A stretch of DNA of 64,000 nt from the NCBI GenBank assembly GCA_028867435.1, contig JAGWGI010000003.1, forward strand, positions 15-64,014, read 5' to 3'. The position numbers and the translations under genes were made by a program. Of this stretch, positions 8,872 through 16,981 are shown in pieces; position 1 is the first letter of the stretch, and each line of letters opens with the position of its first letter. The notes below the pieces were generated by a model that made no database searches, was not told where the DNA came from, and was given only the letters and a program-made list of their open reading frames with translations. This DNA is from Candidatus Micrarchaeota archaeon (lineage in GTDB: Archaea; Micrarchaeota; Micrarchaeia; Micrarchaeales; CABMGC01).

Positions 8872-9144
8872 ATGCGCACAGGCTTTGTCATGCTCAAGCC
8901 CAAAGGCAGATGCAACGCAGACAAGGTTGCCAGGTCAATTGCTTCATGCAGCTTCGTCAAGAAAGTATTTCTTACAACAGGAGACTATGGTTTTGTAATT
9001 AGCATAGACACAGATGGCAAAAGGATAGAGAAGGCACTGAGAAGGATTAAGAAGGTGTCCGCCAGCACTTCTATAAGCACAGCGATAAGCCATTCCTGCT
9101 ATTGGCGCAATGGTAATGTTGACAGTACAGCGCAATTGGAATAG
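8872..9144 (+). CDS. Stand-alone Lrp/AsnC ligand-binding (RAM) domain protein
   Basis: MRTGFVMLKP..VKKVFLTTGDYGFVISID..RIKKV fits the RAM-domain pattern (V..v..vtGdyD). No HTH domain is present. Confidence 0.45.
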   Translation: MRTGFVMLKPKGRCNADKVARSIASCSFVKKVFLTTGDYGFVISIDTDGKRIEKALRRIKKVSASTSISTAISHSCYWRNGNVDSTAQLE

Positions 9145-9175
9145 AAGTTATCAAGATTAATGGTTCCTACTTTAA

Positions 9176-10615
9176 TCAGATCGGATTTGGCTTGAACCTT
9201 ATCTTCGCCTCCTGCATCTCTGAGTTCACTGCCGCGCTCCATGCCCTAAAGCCTCCAATCTCCTTGGGGTAGTTGTTGTAGAGGTTGTTTAGCTTCTTCA
9301 TCTCTGACACCACGTACACCAGGTTCTTGAACGCGTTGATGTTCGCAAGGCCGTGCATCACCTTGATTATCTTGCTTGTCATGCCTATCTCTGGAACCAT
9401 TCCGTAGCTTATCTGCAGCGCCTCCTCCTTTGTCAAAAAGTGCGCCATGCCGTAGTTTATCAGCTCGTTGTTTAAGCTCTGCAGATATATCCTAAAGACC
9501 TCAAGGCCGGCAGTCTTGTTGCCGTAGCTCTCGTTGAACATCAAATTGTACTTCCACAAAAACTTCATGCTCGTATCATTTGCAGCCACAGCCTCTGCCG
9601 CTACCTGCCCTGCCTGTATCCCTGCCACCATCGCAGGGCCTATCCCTCCGGCGCTTATCGGGTTTGGCATCGCCATGCTGTCCCCTGCGCCGATGTAGTT
9701 GTTGTACACCAGACAGTCAAGCTGCCTTCTAACGGTAACAGACCAGTACCCCTTTCCGTTCTTGTCCTCGTCGTTTAGCCTCTGGCCCCCAACTATCGGG
9801 TTCCATTCCACGTACTGGTCTATCAGGCCGTGAAGCGTATCCTTCTTTTGTAGCTTCTGGTTTCTTATATCAAGGCTGTGCTTCTCGACCCCGAGCCCGA
9901 TGTTGATCTTCTTGCCCTTCTTTGGGAAAACCCATCCGTAGCCGCCAGGGGCGAGCTGCTGGTTTAGGTGTATCAGGCAGTTTTTAGGATCGTAATAGTT
10001 GAGGTCCTCCCCCTGCGGCTCGAAATCCATGATGTATCGCCCAGTAGACTCTATGTCGTCTATGCTGATGTCCTTTTGTATGTATTCGTTGGGGGGAAGC
10101 CTTCTCCTTAGCATGCTCGCAACTCCGAGCGTGTCGATGACTATCTTTGTGCCAACCTTGAACTGCTCCTTGTTGTGATCCCTGCCGAAGACTCCGACCA
10201 CGTTGTTACCTTCAAGGATCGGGCCCTCAACCTCGTGGCCGTGTACGTACTCGGCGCCGTTCTTGATTGCCATGTCCCTGATCTTTGTGCCGAACTTGGG
10301 CCTGTCGAGCACATAGCCCTCGCCATCAAAAGAAACCTTGTTCTTGAAGTCCGGGCTGATCGCCAGCACCCCGTCCACTTTTAGATCCAGCTCCGGCTCC
10401 GAGAACTTTATGCCCAGATTCTGGGTTATGAAATCTATGTGCGACTTTGCGACAGCGTCTCCGCACACCCAGCCCCAGTTTGTCTTCTTGCCCGACTCGT
10501 CTGGCACATTCCTGTCTAAAAGCAGGACTTTGGCTCCTCCCTTTGCAGCAGCGGCTGCTGCAAGGCAACCGGCAATTCCAGCACCGGCAACTACGACATC
10601 ATAGGACTTCTCCAT
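9176..10615 (-). CDS. Geranylgeranyl reductase family FAD-dependent oxidoreductase
   Basis: It has an N-terminal FAD fold YDVVVAGAGIAGCLAAAAAAKGGAKVLLLDR and the conserved ..IGAGDSMAMPNPISAGGI.. motif. It is 479 aa long. Confidence 0.8.
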   Translation of the reverse strand: MEKSYDVVVAGAGIAGCLAAAAAAKGGAKVLLLDRNVPDESGKKTNWGWVCGDAVAKSHIDFITQNLGIKFSEPELDLKVDGVLAISPDFKNKVSFDGEGYVLDRPKFGTKIRDMAIKNGAEYVHGHEVEGPILEGNNVVGVFGRDHNKEQFKVGTKIVIDTLGVASMLRRRLPPNEYIQKDISIDDIESTGRYIMDFEPQGEDLNYYDPKNCLIHLNQQLAPGGYGWVFPKKGKKINIGLGVEKHSLDIRNQKLQKKDTLHGLIDQYVEWNPIVGGQRLNDEDKNGKGYWSVTVRRQLDCLVYNNYIGAGDSMAMPNPISAGGIGPAMVAGIQAGQVAAEAVAANDTSMKFLWKYNLMFNESYGNKTAGLEVFRIYLQSLNNELINYGMAHFLTKEEALQISYGMVPEIGMTSKIIKVMHGLANINAFKNLVYVVSEMKKLNNLYNNYPKEIGGFRAWSAAVNSEMQEAKIRFKPNPI

Positions 10616-10619
10616 GGAT

Positions 10620-10805
10620 TCACTTTGGCCTTACTACCACTATTGGTATTACCCCCTCCTCCAGTTCAAGCTTTGCAAGGTCTATCGGGTTGGTAATGTT
10701 CTGTGGCACCTTGACCAGGGGCGGGGCCCCATAGGCTAGCTGCAGCGCTCTTGCTCCTATTATCCTTGCGAGTTCAAACTTGTTGTATTCTGGATTGGAG
10801 GCCAT
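10620..10805 (-). CDS. rpoK: DNA-directed RNA polymerase subunit K (Rpo6)
   Basis: 61 aa. KFELARIIGARALQLAYGAPPLV..NPIDLAKLELEEGVIP is the Rpo6/RpoK signature. Confidence 0.9.
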   Translation of the reverse strand: MASNPEYNKFELARIIGARALQLAYGAPPLVKVPQNITNPIDLAKLELEEGVIPIVVVRPK

Positions 10806-10993
10806 ATAATTGCACCATCTTTTAGCTGACAGATAAGTAAGCAGCGTACCCTCAGGTCTACCCCTTGGTATATCAATAGTATTAGTATCAAAACCTTTTT
10901 AAGGGAGATGCTTGAATCTGTGCTATATCCATCGGCGATTACCGAGAAGCATGACAACTTTTTATTACTTGCCTTCGATAGATATTCGGTCTT

Positions 10994-11566
10994 ATGGCCG
11001 CTGAACAGAGGGAGATTGGAGATATCAGCGAGATCCTTGGGCCTAACGAAAAGATAGAAGCCAGGGCAGAGCAGCGTAGGTTGGGGCCGGGAGGAGAACT
11101 TACCACCCCCATCACAATCATAGCCACAGACCAGAAGCTAATAGTGATAAACAGGACCAGGTTTGGAATCAAGAAGGACTATGAGATAGTGCAGTACGGC
11201 AATGTTGTGAGCGCCAAACTGATCAACGGATTCATCTCCTCTTCTGTCATAATTCGGGTGAGGGGTTACAAGATAGGCACAGGCCACGGCAATTCAGAGG
11301 AAATAAATGGCTTTGTCAACGACGATGCGAAACGGCTTGTGGAGTACATCAACAAGAGGATAGGAAGTGCGCCGCAGCCGGGGCACCAGGCAGCCCAGGC
11401 ACAGCCTGGCGCGATAGTAAACGGAGCGCCTGCCGAGGCCAAGGTCACAGGCAACCCTATAGTGGCAGAGAAAAGGAGGGGCGAATTCGTGTTCTGCACA
11501 AGCTGCGGGGGCAAGAACCTTTCAGGCTCCAAGTTCTGCAGCAGCTGCGGCAAGCAGATGCTCTAG
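10994..11566 (+). CDS. Bacterial-type PH (YdbT-like) domain protein with C-terminal zinc ribbon
   Basis: The central segment ATDQKLIVINRTRFGIKKDYEIVQYGNVVSAKL..IIRV looks PH-like. The C-terminus FCTSCGGKNLSGSKFCSSCGKQ is a double CxxC ribbon. Confidence 0.55.
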   Translation: MAAEQREIGDISEILGPNEKIEARAEQRRLGPGGELTTPITIIATDQKLIVINRTRFGIKKDYEIVQYGNVVSAKLINGFISSSVIIRVRGYKIGTGHGNSEEINGFVNDDAKRLVEYINKRIGSAPQPGHQAAQAQPGAIVNGAPAEAKVTGNPIVAEKRRGEFVFCTSCGGKNLSGSKFCSSCGKQML

Positions 11567-12274
11567 TCACCTGACGGGATCGTACTCGTCATTTGAGGTC
11601 TTGAAAAACCTGTAGCGAAACATGTTGCCCACGTGATATGCGAAGTATCCGCTTATTCCCCATGCCTCAACCCTCCTAGTGCTCGTGTTTACAGAGGCAC
11701 CGTCCACGAATTTTATAGCTCCGTACTTCTTTATCCTCCTGGAGAGGTCCCAGTCCTCGTAGGTTATCAGCTTCTCGTTGAAGCCCCTTACGCTCTGGAA
11801 GACCTTGCGGTCTATGGCGAAGTTGGATCCCACTATTGATGGGACACCGAATAGTATGCTCAGCTTCACGAAAAGCTTGGACACAAAGATGTATCCCAAA
11901 TACACGCTAAGGCTGCTCTTCTCTAGCGGCAGGATCGGGCCTGTGGCGGCTATGACCCCGCTCCCTATCGCGTCTGAGTAAGCCTTTAGCAGGCCTGGCG
12001 AGGGCCTGGTATCCGCATCTAGGAACACCAGTATCTTTCCCTTGGCTAGCCTTGCCCCTGCGTTCCTGCCTGCACCGATTCCTGGCTTTTTCTCCACCAC
12101 GACCTTCCCGTATCTCCTCGCGATATCCCTAGTCTTATCCTTGCTCCCCCCGTCAGAGGTTATGACCTCAAAATCCTTGAAGGTCTGCCTGGAGAGGCCC
12201 TTGAACGCATTCATTATGTACTTTTCCTCGTTTAGCGAGGGTATTATTACGCTGATTCTCGGCACTCTTTGCAC
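11567..12274 (-). CDS. Family 2 glycosyltransferase (dolichyl-phosphate sugar synthase-like)
   Basis: It has ISVIIPSLNEEKYI.., ..VITSDGGSKDKT.. and ..LVFLDADT (DxD). The track ORF extends to 12415, but that part overlaps the RNHCP gene. A GTG at 12274 is the likelier start, though this is uncertain. Confidence 0.7.
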   Translation of the reverse strand: MQRVPRISVIIPSLNEEKYIMNAFKGLSRQTFKDFEVITSDGGSKDKTRDIARRYGKVVVEKKPGIGAGRNAGARLAKGKILVFLDADTRPSPGLLKAYSDAIGSGVIAATGPILPLEKSSLSVYLGYIFVSKLFVKLSILFGVPSIVGSNFAIDRKVFQSVRGFNEKLITYEDWDLSRRIKKYGAIKFVDGASVNTSTRRVEAWGISGYFAYHVGNMFRYRFFKTSNDEYDPVR

Positions 12275-12322
12275 CCGTATACAGATAATAGTAGAACATT
12301 CGAAAAGAGCACATATAATAGT

Positions 12323-12348
12323 TTGCAAATGCAAACTTGCAAATGCAA
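12323..12348. promoter_or_regulatory. Direct repeat ttgcaaatgcaa x2 (14-nt phase) in a divergent intergenic region
   Basis: ttgcaaatgcaa occurs at 12323-12334 and again at 12337-12348. The region contains four TTGCA half-sites (TTGCAA is self-complementary). It ends 15 nt before the RNHCP ATG. Confidence 0.35.
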
Positions 12349-12362
12349 GTTGGGTTGTGATT

Positions 12363-12707
12363 ATGCCCGCAACAAATGGCGAAAATGGAGAAGTCCCAAA
12401 GAGAAAGAACTTCATAAAGGTAGTGGAGGACTTCGAGTGCGAAAAATGCGGGCAACTGGTGAGTGGGAGCGGCTATACCGACCACTGCCCCAGATGCCTG
12501 TGGGGAAAGCATGTGGACATTGTGCCTGGGGACAGGGCATCAAAGTGCCGTGGGGCCCTAGTGCCGATTGCCGCGCTCTATGAAAAAGGAGGCTACAAGG
12601 TAGAATACAAGTGCGAAAAATGCGGCGCAGAAAAGAAGTTCAAGGCTGCGGCAGGGGATGATCAGGACGAGCTATTTAGACTTGCGGGCAAAAACTTGGT
12701 CGAATAA
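12363..12707 (+). CDS. RNHCP domain-containing zinc-binding protein
   Basis: 114 aa starting at the internal ATG of track ORF 12042-12707. It reads FECEKCGQLVSGSGYTDHCPRCLWGKHVDIVPGDRASKC..YKCEKCG. Confidence 0.8.
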   Translation: MPATNGENGEVPKRKNFIKVVEDFECEKCGQLVSGSGYTDHCPRCLWGKHVDIVPGDRASKCRGALVPIAALYEKGGYKVEYKCEKCGAEKKFKAAAGDDQDELFRLAGKNLVE

Positions 12708-12720
12708 AAGTAAAAGGATT

Positions 12721-13428
12721 ATGGTTTCTATGCAAAAAAATAAAATAAGTGGAGACATGAAAACTAAAGATATATCGCTTTCAAAAAAAGAAATGGTCAA
12801 GATTCAAGACGAAGCTGCAAACAGACAGAAGACTGCTGTTATATTCGCATTTATGGCCATTATACTCATATCATTAAGGTCGGTAGATTCGATAGGCTGG
12901 GGCGTAATAGCAGGTATTATTTCATTGGGAGTAGCAGGTTATGCCATATCTAAGGTCAAAACTATATTCTACCTTAAGATGCGTTCAGAGTATCAGTTTG
13001 GCGTATACTTAATTGGTTTGGCCATAGCTATAACCTCTTTATCCATACCAACTGGAGACACATTATTGATTCAGGATATAGGTGAAGCATTAGTAGTAGC
13101 AACTACAATACTTATAGTACTTGCTCCGTCATTCTACGAAAAAGTCGGGGCAAGGCTGCTTAGGAACAAAGGTAGATGGACAGACAAGCAAAAAGGTATA
13201 TCCTCATCTCTTTCAGTGTTTCCTATGTTTGCAGCAATAGGTGCCTTACTCTTATCTATAGCATCATTAATGGAATCTGGAAGCAATTTTATCCTTAGCA
13301 CTACGCTAATTAATCTGACATTGTTTTTGACATTTTTTGCTCTATTAATGGTAACTCAATTATTGATGGAGGATATATTGAGACAGAGTAGACCAAAGGA
13401 CCCAGAAGCAACTAATAAATGGACGTAA
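12721..13428 (+). CDS. Hypothetical polytopic membrane protein (island cargo)
   Basis: A Lys-rich N-terminus is followed by about 6 hydrophobic segments. I recognised no family motif. The ATG at 12721 lies inside track ORF 12658-13428. Confidence 0.5.
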   Translation: MVSMQKNKISGDMKTKDISLSKKEMVKIQDEAANRQKTAVIFAFMAIILISLRSVDSIGWGVIAGIISLGVAGYAISKVKTIFYLKMRSEYQFGVYLIGLAIAITSLSIPTGDTLLIQDIGEALVVATTILIVLAPSFYEKVGARLLRNKGRWTDKQKGISSSLSVFPMFAAIGALLLSIASLMESGSNFILSTTLINLTLFLTFFALLMVTQLLMEDILRQSRPKDPEATNKWT

Positions 13429-13507
13429 TTTGATAGTTTTATGAAGAAGAATAGGATATGGCCCAAACATTTTAATATTTGATATTCGTTACAGATATAG
13501 TGATTGA

Positions 13508-13672
13508 ATGGCGTTTACTACTAAAGCATCTAAAGCAAAACTGGGAGACTATATTAAAAAGATGAAAGCTAATGCTGAAAAAAGAAACCCTACTTTAGTA
13601 ACGTTAGATAAGCTAGGTAGTAATGAGCCTCAGCAAATATACGGATACGTTGTTACGTTTTCTTCCAGCTAA
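13508..13672 (+). CDS. Hypothetical 54-aa protein (island cargo)
   Basis: ATG..TAA ORF MAFTTKASKAKLGDYIKKMKANAEKRNPTLVTLDKLGSNEPQQIYGYVVTFSSS. It ends 12 nt before the protease start and is below the track cutoff. Confidence 0.2.
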   Translation: MAFTTKASKAKLGDYIKKMKANAEKRNPTLVTLDKLGSNEPQQIYGYVVTFSSS

Positions 13673-13684
13673 TCAGGTCTTAAA

Positions 13685-14614
13685 TTGCCAGACGAACTCT
13701 TCGGACAGGTTATAAAGGACTACGTTCCTGATGCTAGCTTGTTAGTAAAGAAGCGTCAAGAGGTACTAAAAGGACTGGAAACTGAGCTACAAGCTACAGT
13801 AGTCGCTTATATAGGTAATACGAACCACCCTCTATCCTCAATAATGCCGCAGGATGTTGATGCAATAATGGACTTGGTTAATATAGCTTCCAAAAAAGGA
13901 AAGAAAATATATCTTATCCTTGAGAGTTTTGGAGGCGATGGTAACGTAGCCGAGAAGTTAATCAGTGTATTCAGAACGACATTCAGCGACGGATTTTATG
14001 TTATAATACCAAATAATGCAAAGAGCGCAGCTACAATGCTGGCTTTAGGCTCAGATAAGATAATAATGGGGATTAATTCAGAGCTTGGGCCAATAGACCC
14101 TCAAATTCAGGTACAATTGCCGAGTGGACAGGTACAATATGTTCCGGCAAAATCAATTACAGGCGCGGTAGAGAAAGTGAAGAAAGAGGTAGGCACTAAC
14201 GAAAAGCTTGCATCTGTATATTATCCGATTCTACAACAGATAAGACCAGAGCAATTGAAATTTTGTGAGGATGCAATAAAGTTTTCCACTGCCTTTGCGG
14301 AAAGATGGCTAGATAAAGGATGTATGAAAGGCAAAGGCAAAAAGGACATAACTGCTGCTGTAGAAGAACTCACTACAGGAGACAGATTCAACATGCACGG
14401 AAGTGTAATAAATTTCGAAGAAGCCAAAAGAATGGGTTTAAATGTAGAGATGTGGAAGATAGAAGAAAATAAATGGAAGTTAGTATGGCAATATTATTTA
14501 AGGGTAAAGGCAAGTTTTCAAATTAATCCTAATGCAACTAAATTATTTGAATCTACAGATAGTAGCGTAAATATGAATGTTCAGATAATACCAATGGGAA
14601 ATCAACCAAGGTAA
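13685..14614 (+). CDS. SDH-family (serine dehydrogenase proteinase) Clp-fold serine protease
   Basis: ILESFGGDGNVAEKLISVF..VIIPNNAKSAATMLALGSDKIIMGINSELGPIDPQI matches the ClpP/SppA-fold SDH family core. It has a TTG start. Confidence 0.7.
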   Translation: MPDELFGQVIKDYVPDASLLVKKRQEVLKGLETELQATVVAYIGNTNHPLSSIMPQDVDAIMDLVNIASKKGKKIYLILESFGGDGNVAEKLISVFRTTFSDGFYVIIPNNAKSAATMLALGSDKIIMGINSELGPIDPQIQVQLPSGQVQYVPAKSITGAVEKVKKEVGTNEKLASVYYPILQQIRPEQLKFCEDAIKFSTAFAERWLDKGCMKGKGKKDITAAVEELTTGDRFNMHGSVINFEEAKRMGLNVEMWKIEENKWKLVWQYYLRVKASFQINPNATKLFESTDSSVNMNVQIIPMGNQPR

Positions 14615-15339
14615 TAATCTGATAGTTGGTCTGAAAAGACCTGTTCAATATTCCTATAAAGTTCTATTTTATCTTTGCCAATATACCTCATTGTTGCGCT
14701 GGGATTAGCGTGCCTTGCGTATCTACTTGTCAGCACCAGACTTCCATTCGTCTGCTTGGCAAAGCTGATTATAGCATAGTGCCTTAGGCTGTGGGTAGTC
14801 AACCTATGGAGGTGTCTAACACTCCTGTTCGGGTTGGTTTCATCTGAGGTATCGTATATCCCGTCCAGCCCCGCCAGTCGCACATAGTGCCTGAACCTAT
14901 TGCGGACGTAGTCCTGCTCTAGGGACGGCTCGGGCCGCTTGGTTCTCAGCTTGTTGGCATAGAACAGATAGCCCTGCGCCTTCTCAATCTCAGCCTTGTG
15001 CTTCGAGATGAAGGCTATGGTATCCTTGAAAAGCGGAATCGGTATCAATAACGAGTCCATTACCTGAGCCTTTTCGGTCTTCAAGGTAAGTTCTTTCGTT
15101 TCTAGGTCTATTGAATTTATGTTCACTCTGACCGCCTAGCCTATTCTAAGCCCAAGCTGCGCTTGATACCTGAATAGGAGTCGGAACCTGTCAGAGCCTA
15201 TCACGTGCAGGAATCTTTGAAGTTGTATGTCGGAGAACGCCCTTGAGAGCGAGCCATATTTCGGCGTTTTCTCTTTCCGGCAAACCTCTTGGTTTGCGTC
15301 TTGTGCAATACTGATTGCAACTGTTGTAGCTGATGCCAT
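14602..15339 (-). pseudogene. Tyrosine recombinase/integrase interrupted by one in-frame TAG (15136-15138)
   Basis: The two track ORFs (15136-15339 and 14602-15126) are in the same frame: ..AQLGLRIG-TAG-AVRVNINSIDLE... The C-terminal catalytic region reads HRLTTHSLRHYAI..RYARHANPSATMRYI. Confidence 0.8.
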
Positions 15340-15381
15340 GAAACGTTCAGGGACACAGGCTTGAGGTTGTCGGAAGGCCTT

Positions 15382-15423
15382 GAAATCTTCTTTATTTGAA
15401 GATTTCCGTTTCGGATTTCCGAA
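15382..15423. promoter_or_regulatory. Cluster of interlocking inverted and direct repeats between the integrase start and att
   Basis: gaaatcttc-tttattt-gaagatttc is a 9-bp perfect stem (15382-15406). gatttccg is repeated at 15401 and 15414. ttcgg-attt-ccgaa forms a hairpin at 15410-15423. Confidence 0.4.
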
Positions 15424-15450
15424 CCCTGTTTTGGATTCGTGTTTTTGAAA

Positions 15451-15477
15451 TGCAGGGGGAGAGATTTGAACTCTTGC
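15451..15477 (-). repeat. att-like partial copy of the tRNA-Leu 3' end (26/27 identical to 17710-17736)
   Basis: tgcagggggagagatttgaactcttgc here versus tgcaggggaagagatttgaactcttgc in the intact tRNA. The flanking tgaaatg is also shared, with a 2-nt indel. Confidence 0.85.
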
Positions 15478-15491
15478 TTGGCCGATAGACG

Positions 15492-16172
15492 CTATTTGGC
15501 AGCTTGCCTAAGCTTCTCAATAACTTCATCCCAGTTTGGCCTTTTTTGTGCTGGGATGTATGCGTTTGCAAACTTTGGCACCCTTATATTTGAAAGTACC
15601 TCTTTAAACTTCGCCCTATCCCCTATTCTGAATTCAGAAGGGTACAGTTCATGCATCCAATATAAGTCGTAGGCATCTTTCCACTCTTTCCTTTCCTCAA
15701 ATGCAGATTCCTTCTGGTGATTGAGTTCCCCGAAATCGTACATTGACACTATTTTAGATACCGGTATAAAATCGGAGGAAACTCTCCTCATTTCTATGTT
15801 TTTCTTTACTCCAAATGAGAGGTCAAGCCTAACTACATCCCTAATACCTTCAAACCGGTATGCCATCATGAAGCCTATCGAGTGTTTTGTGAAAAATTCT
15901 TTCTTAATTTCCCATCCAAGATTTCGGATATATTTTTTGGCGTCATTTAGGTCTAGATCAGTATCATAGTCTAAGTCCTCAGAAAACCTTTGATGGCCAT
16001 CTAGGTAGCCTTTGTTTATGGCCGTGCCGCCTTTCAGCACAAATCCCTTTATTCTGACGGATTCCATCAGCTCGAACAGGAAGGCCTCCTTTACTACGAA
16101 ATTCAGGCTTAGCCCACCCCTTGCTGCGTAATCCCGCAGCTCATCAATTTTAAACGCTATTGTTGCCACCAT
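15492..16172 (-). CDS. abiEii: AbiEii/AbiGii-family nucleotidyltransferase toxin (type IV TA)
   Basis: VLKGGTAINKGYLDGHQRFSEDLDYD and ..KDAYDLYWM.. are DUF1814/AbiEii hallmarks. It overlaps the upstream gene by 16 nt. Confidence 0.8.
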   Translation of the reverse strand: MVATIAFKIDELRDYAARGGLSLNFVVKEAFLFELMESVRIKGFVLKGGTAINKGYLDGHQRFSEDLDYDTDLDLNDAKKYIRNLGWEIKKEFFTKHSIGFMMAYRFEGIRDVVRLDLSFGVKKNIEMRRVSSDFIPVSKIVSMYDFGELNHQKESAFEERKEWKDAYDLYWMHELYPSEFRIGDRAKFKEVLSNIRVPKFANAYIPAQKRPNWDEVIEKLRQAAK

Positions 16173-16873
16173 GACATAATCGCCTCTTTCCCCAGGTTAT
16201 CAATAATTTTCCATTCCGCCACGTATGTACCGCGCCGCCTTCCGTTAAGATACGCGGTCGTTTTTATCTTTTTACTGCAGAACCTTAGCACTTTCGACTT
16301 TTCCTTATCAAGTTTTGGGAGGAGAGATAACAAATAGCCAAGCCTTTGGAAAAGCGCAGAACTTCCACCATCGCACAGCTGAATCAGTTTGGAAGAGTCG
16401 ATGTTTGCGTAGTATAGTACCTTTGCAAGCATCGTAAAACTTGTTAACGGCAAGTGCATTAGAGAATCGCTGATTGCTTTCTCTATCGAGGCAATTGGGT
16501 AATCTCCTTTCTCGACACCTGAATAATTGCGTGCCTTGAAGTAAACGAATTCAAGGTTCCCGATCTGCACAGTTTTTCTAACATTAGATGCAACAAAAAC
16601 CGTGAATGGAAATTCCTCGATCAGGTTGTGAAGGTAGAAGGCCGTAGATAGGGAAATATAGCCTTGGTGCAATTGGCATGCCACCCGGAACAGGTCTGCA
16701 TTTTTTGAAACGTATGTTCCTTTAACCGGATTGTAGATTTCACCTGCTTTGACCAGTCTGCTGAGCGTGACACGTAATGAACTCTCAGAAGTCAGTGAAA
16801 GGCTGGCGAGGAGGGGAAAGTAAGTCAGTTTTGCTGAATCAATATATCCTTTTATCCTTGTTGTTAATTTCAT
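16157..16873 (-). CDS. abiEi: AbiEi-family antitoxin / wHTH transcriptional regulator
   Basis: It is 238 aa with an N-terminal wHTH (LRVTLSRLVKAGEIYNPVKGTYV). It sits immediately upstream of, and overlaps, abiEii. Confidence 0.65.
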   Translation of the reverse strand: MKLTTRIKGYIDSAKLTYFPLLASLSLTSESSLRVTLSRLVKAGEIYNPVKGTYVSKNADLFRVACQLHQGYISLSTAFYLHNLIEEFPFTVFVASNVRKTVQIGNLEFVYFKARNYSGVEKGDYPIASIEKAISDSLMHLPLTSFTMLAKVLYYANIDSSKLIQLCDGGSSALFQRLGYLLSLLPKLDKEKSKVLRFCSKKIKTTAYLNGRRRGTYVAEWKIIDNLGKEAIMSWWQQ

Positions 16874-16933
16874 AGTATATTAACTAAATGTTAATATATA
16901 AATACTTTTGCAATAAGAATTCCAAATATATAA

Positions 16934-16953
16934 AGAGAGATTTGAACCCTTGG
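16934..16953 (-). repeat. Degraded third copy of the tRNA-Leu 3' att core
   Basis: agagagatttgaacccttgg. The 13-mer gagagatttgaac is identical to the 15451 copy, and 17 of the 18 nt gagagatttgaacccttg match (C in place of T). It cannot fold as a T-arm, so it is not a tRNA. Confidence 0.5.
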
Positions 16954-16981
16954 CTTCAGGCTTTCTCTAATTTTACTCTGC

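Larger units (their letters stand above)
12708..15477 (-). mobile_element. Degenerate integrative element (integrase pseudogene plus three cargo ORFs), bounded on the right by a partial tRNA-Leu copy
   Basis: The sequence turns visibly AT-rich right after the RNHCP stop. The integrase lies next to the att-like copy at 15451-15477. The left end is inferred only from the compositional shift. Confidence 0.45.

Noticed and set aside
12042-12707. 221-aa ORF spanning the GT2/RNHCP intergenic region
   Set aside because: Only the last 114 codons (from ATG 12363) encode the RNHCP-domain protein. The upstream part is antisense to the GT2 gene and runs through the repeat-containing promoter region.
15136-15138. 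TAG recoding (pyrrolysine or stop-codon reassignment) as an explanation for the in-frame amber codons at 15136 and 63287
   Set aside because: TAG terminates many well-supported genes here: aRF1, signal peptidase I, the flippase, abiEi, abiEii, hicB and the PH-domain protein. I saw no pyl genes or suppressor tRNA in the window.
16934-16953. Possible additional tRNA gene (gatttgaac T-loop-like sequence)
   Set aside because: The flanking bases cannot form a T-stem (AAGGG vs CTCTC) or an acceptor stem. It is better explained as a decayed att copy of tRNA-Leu.
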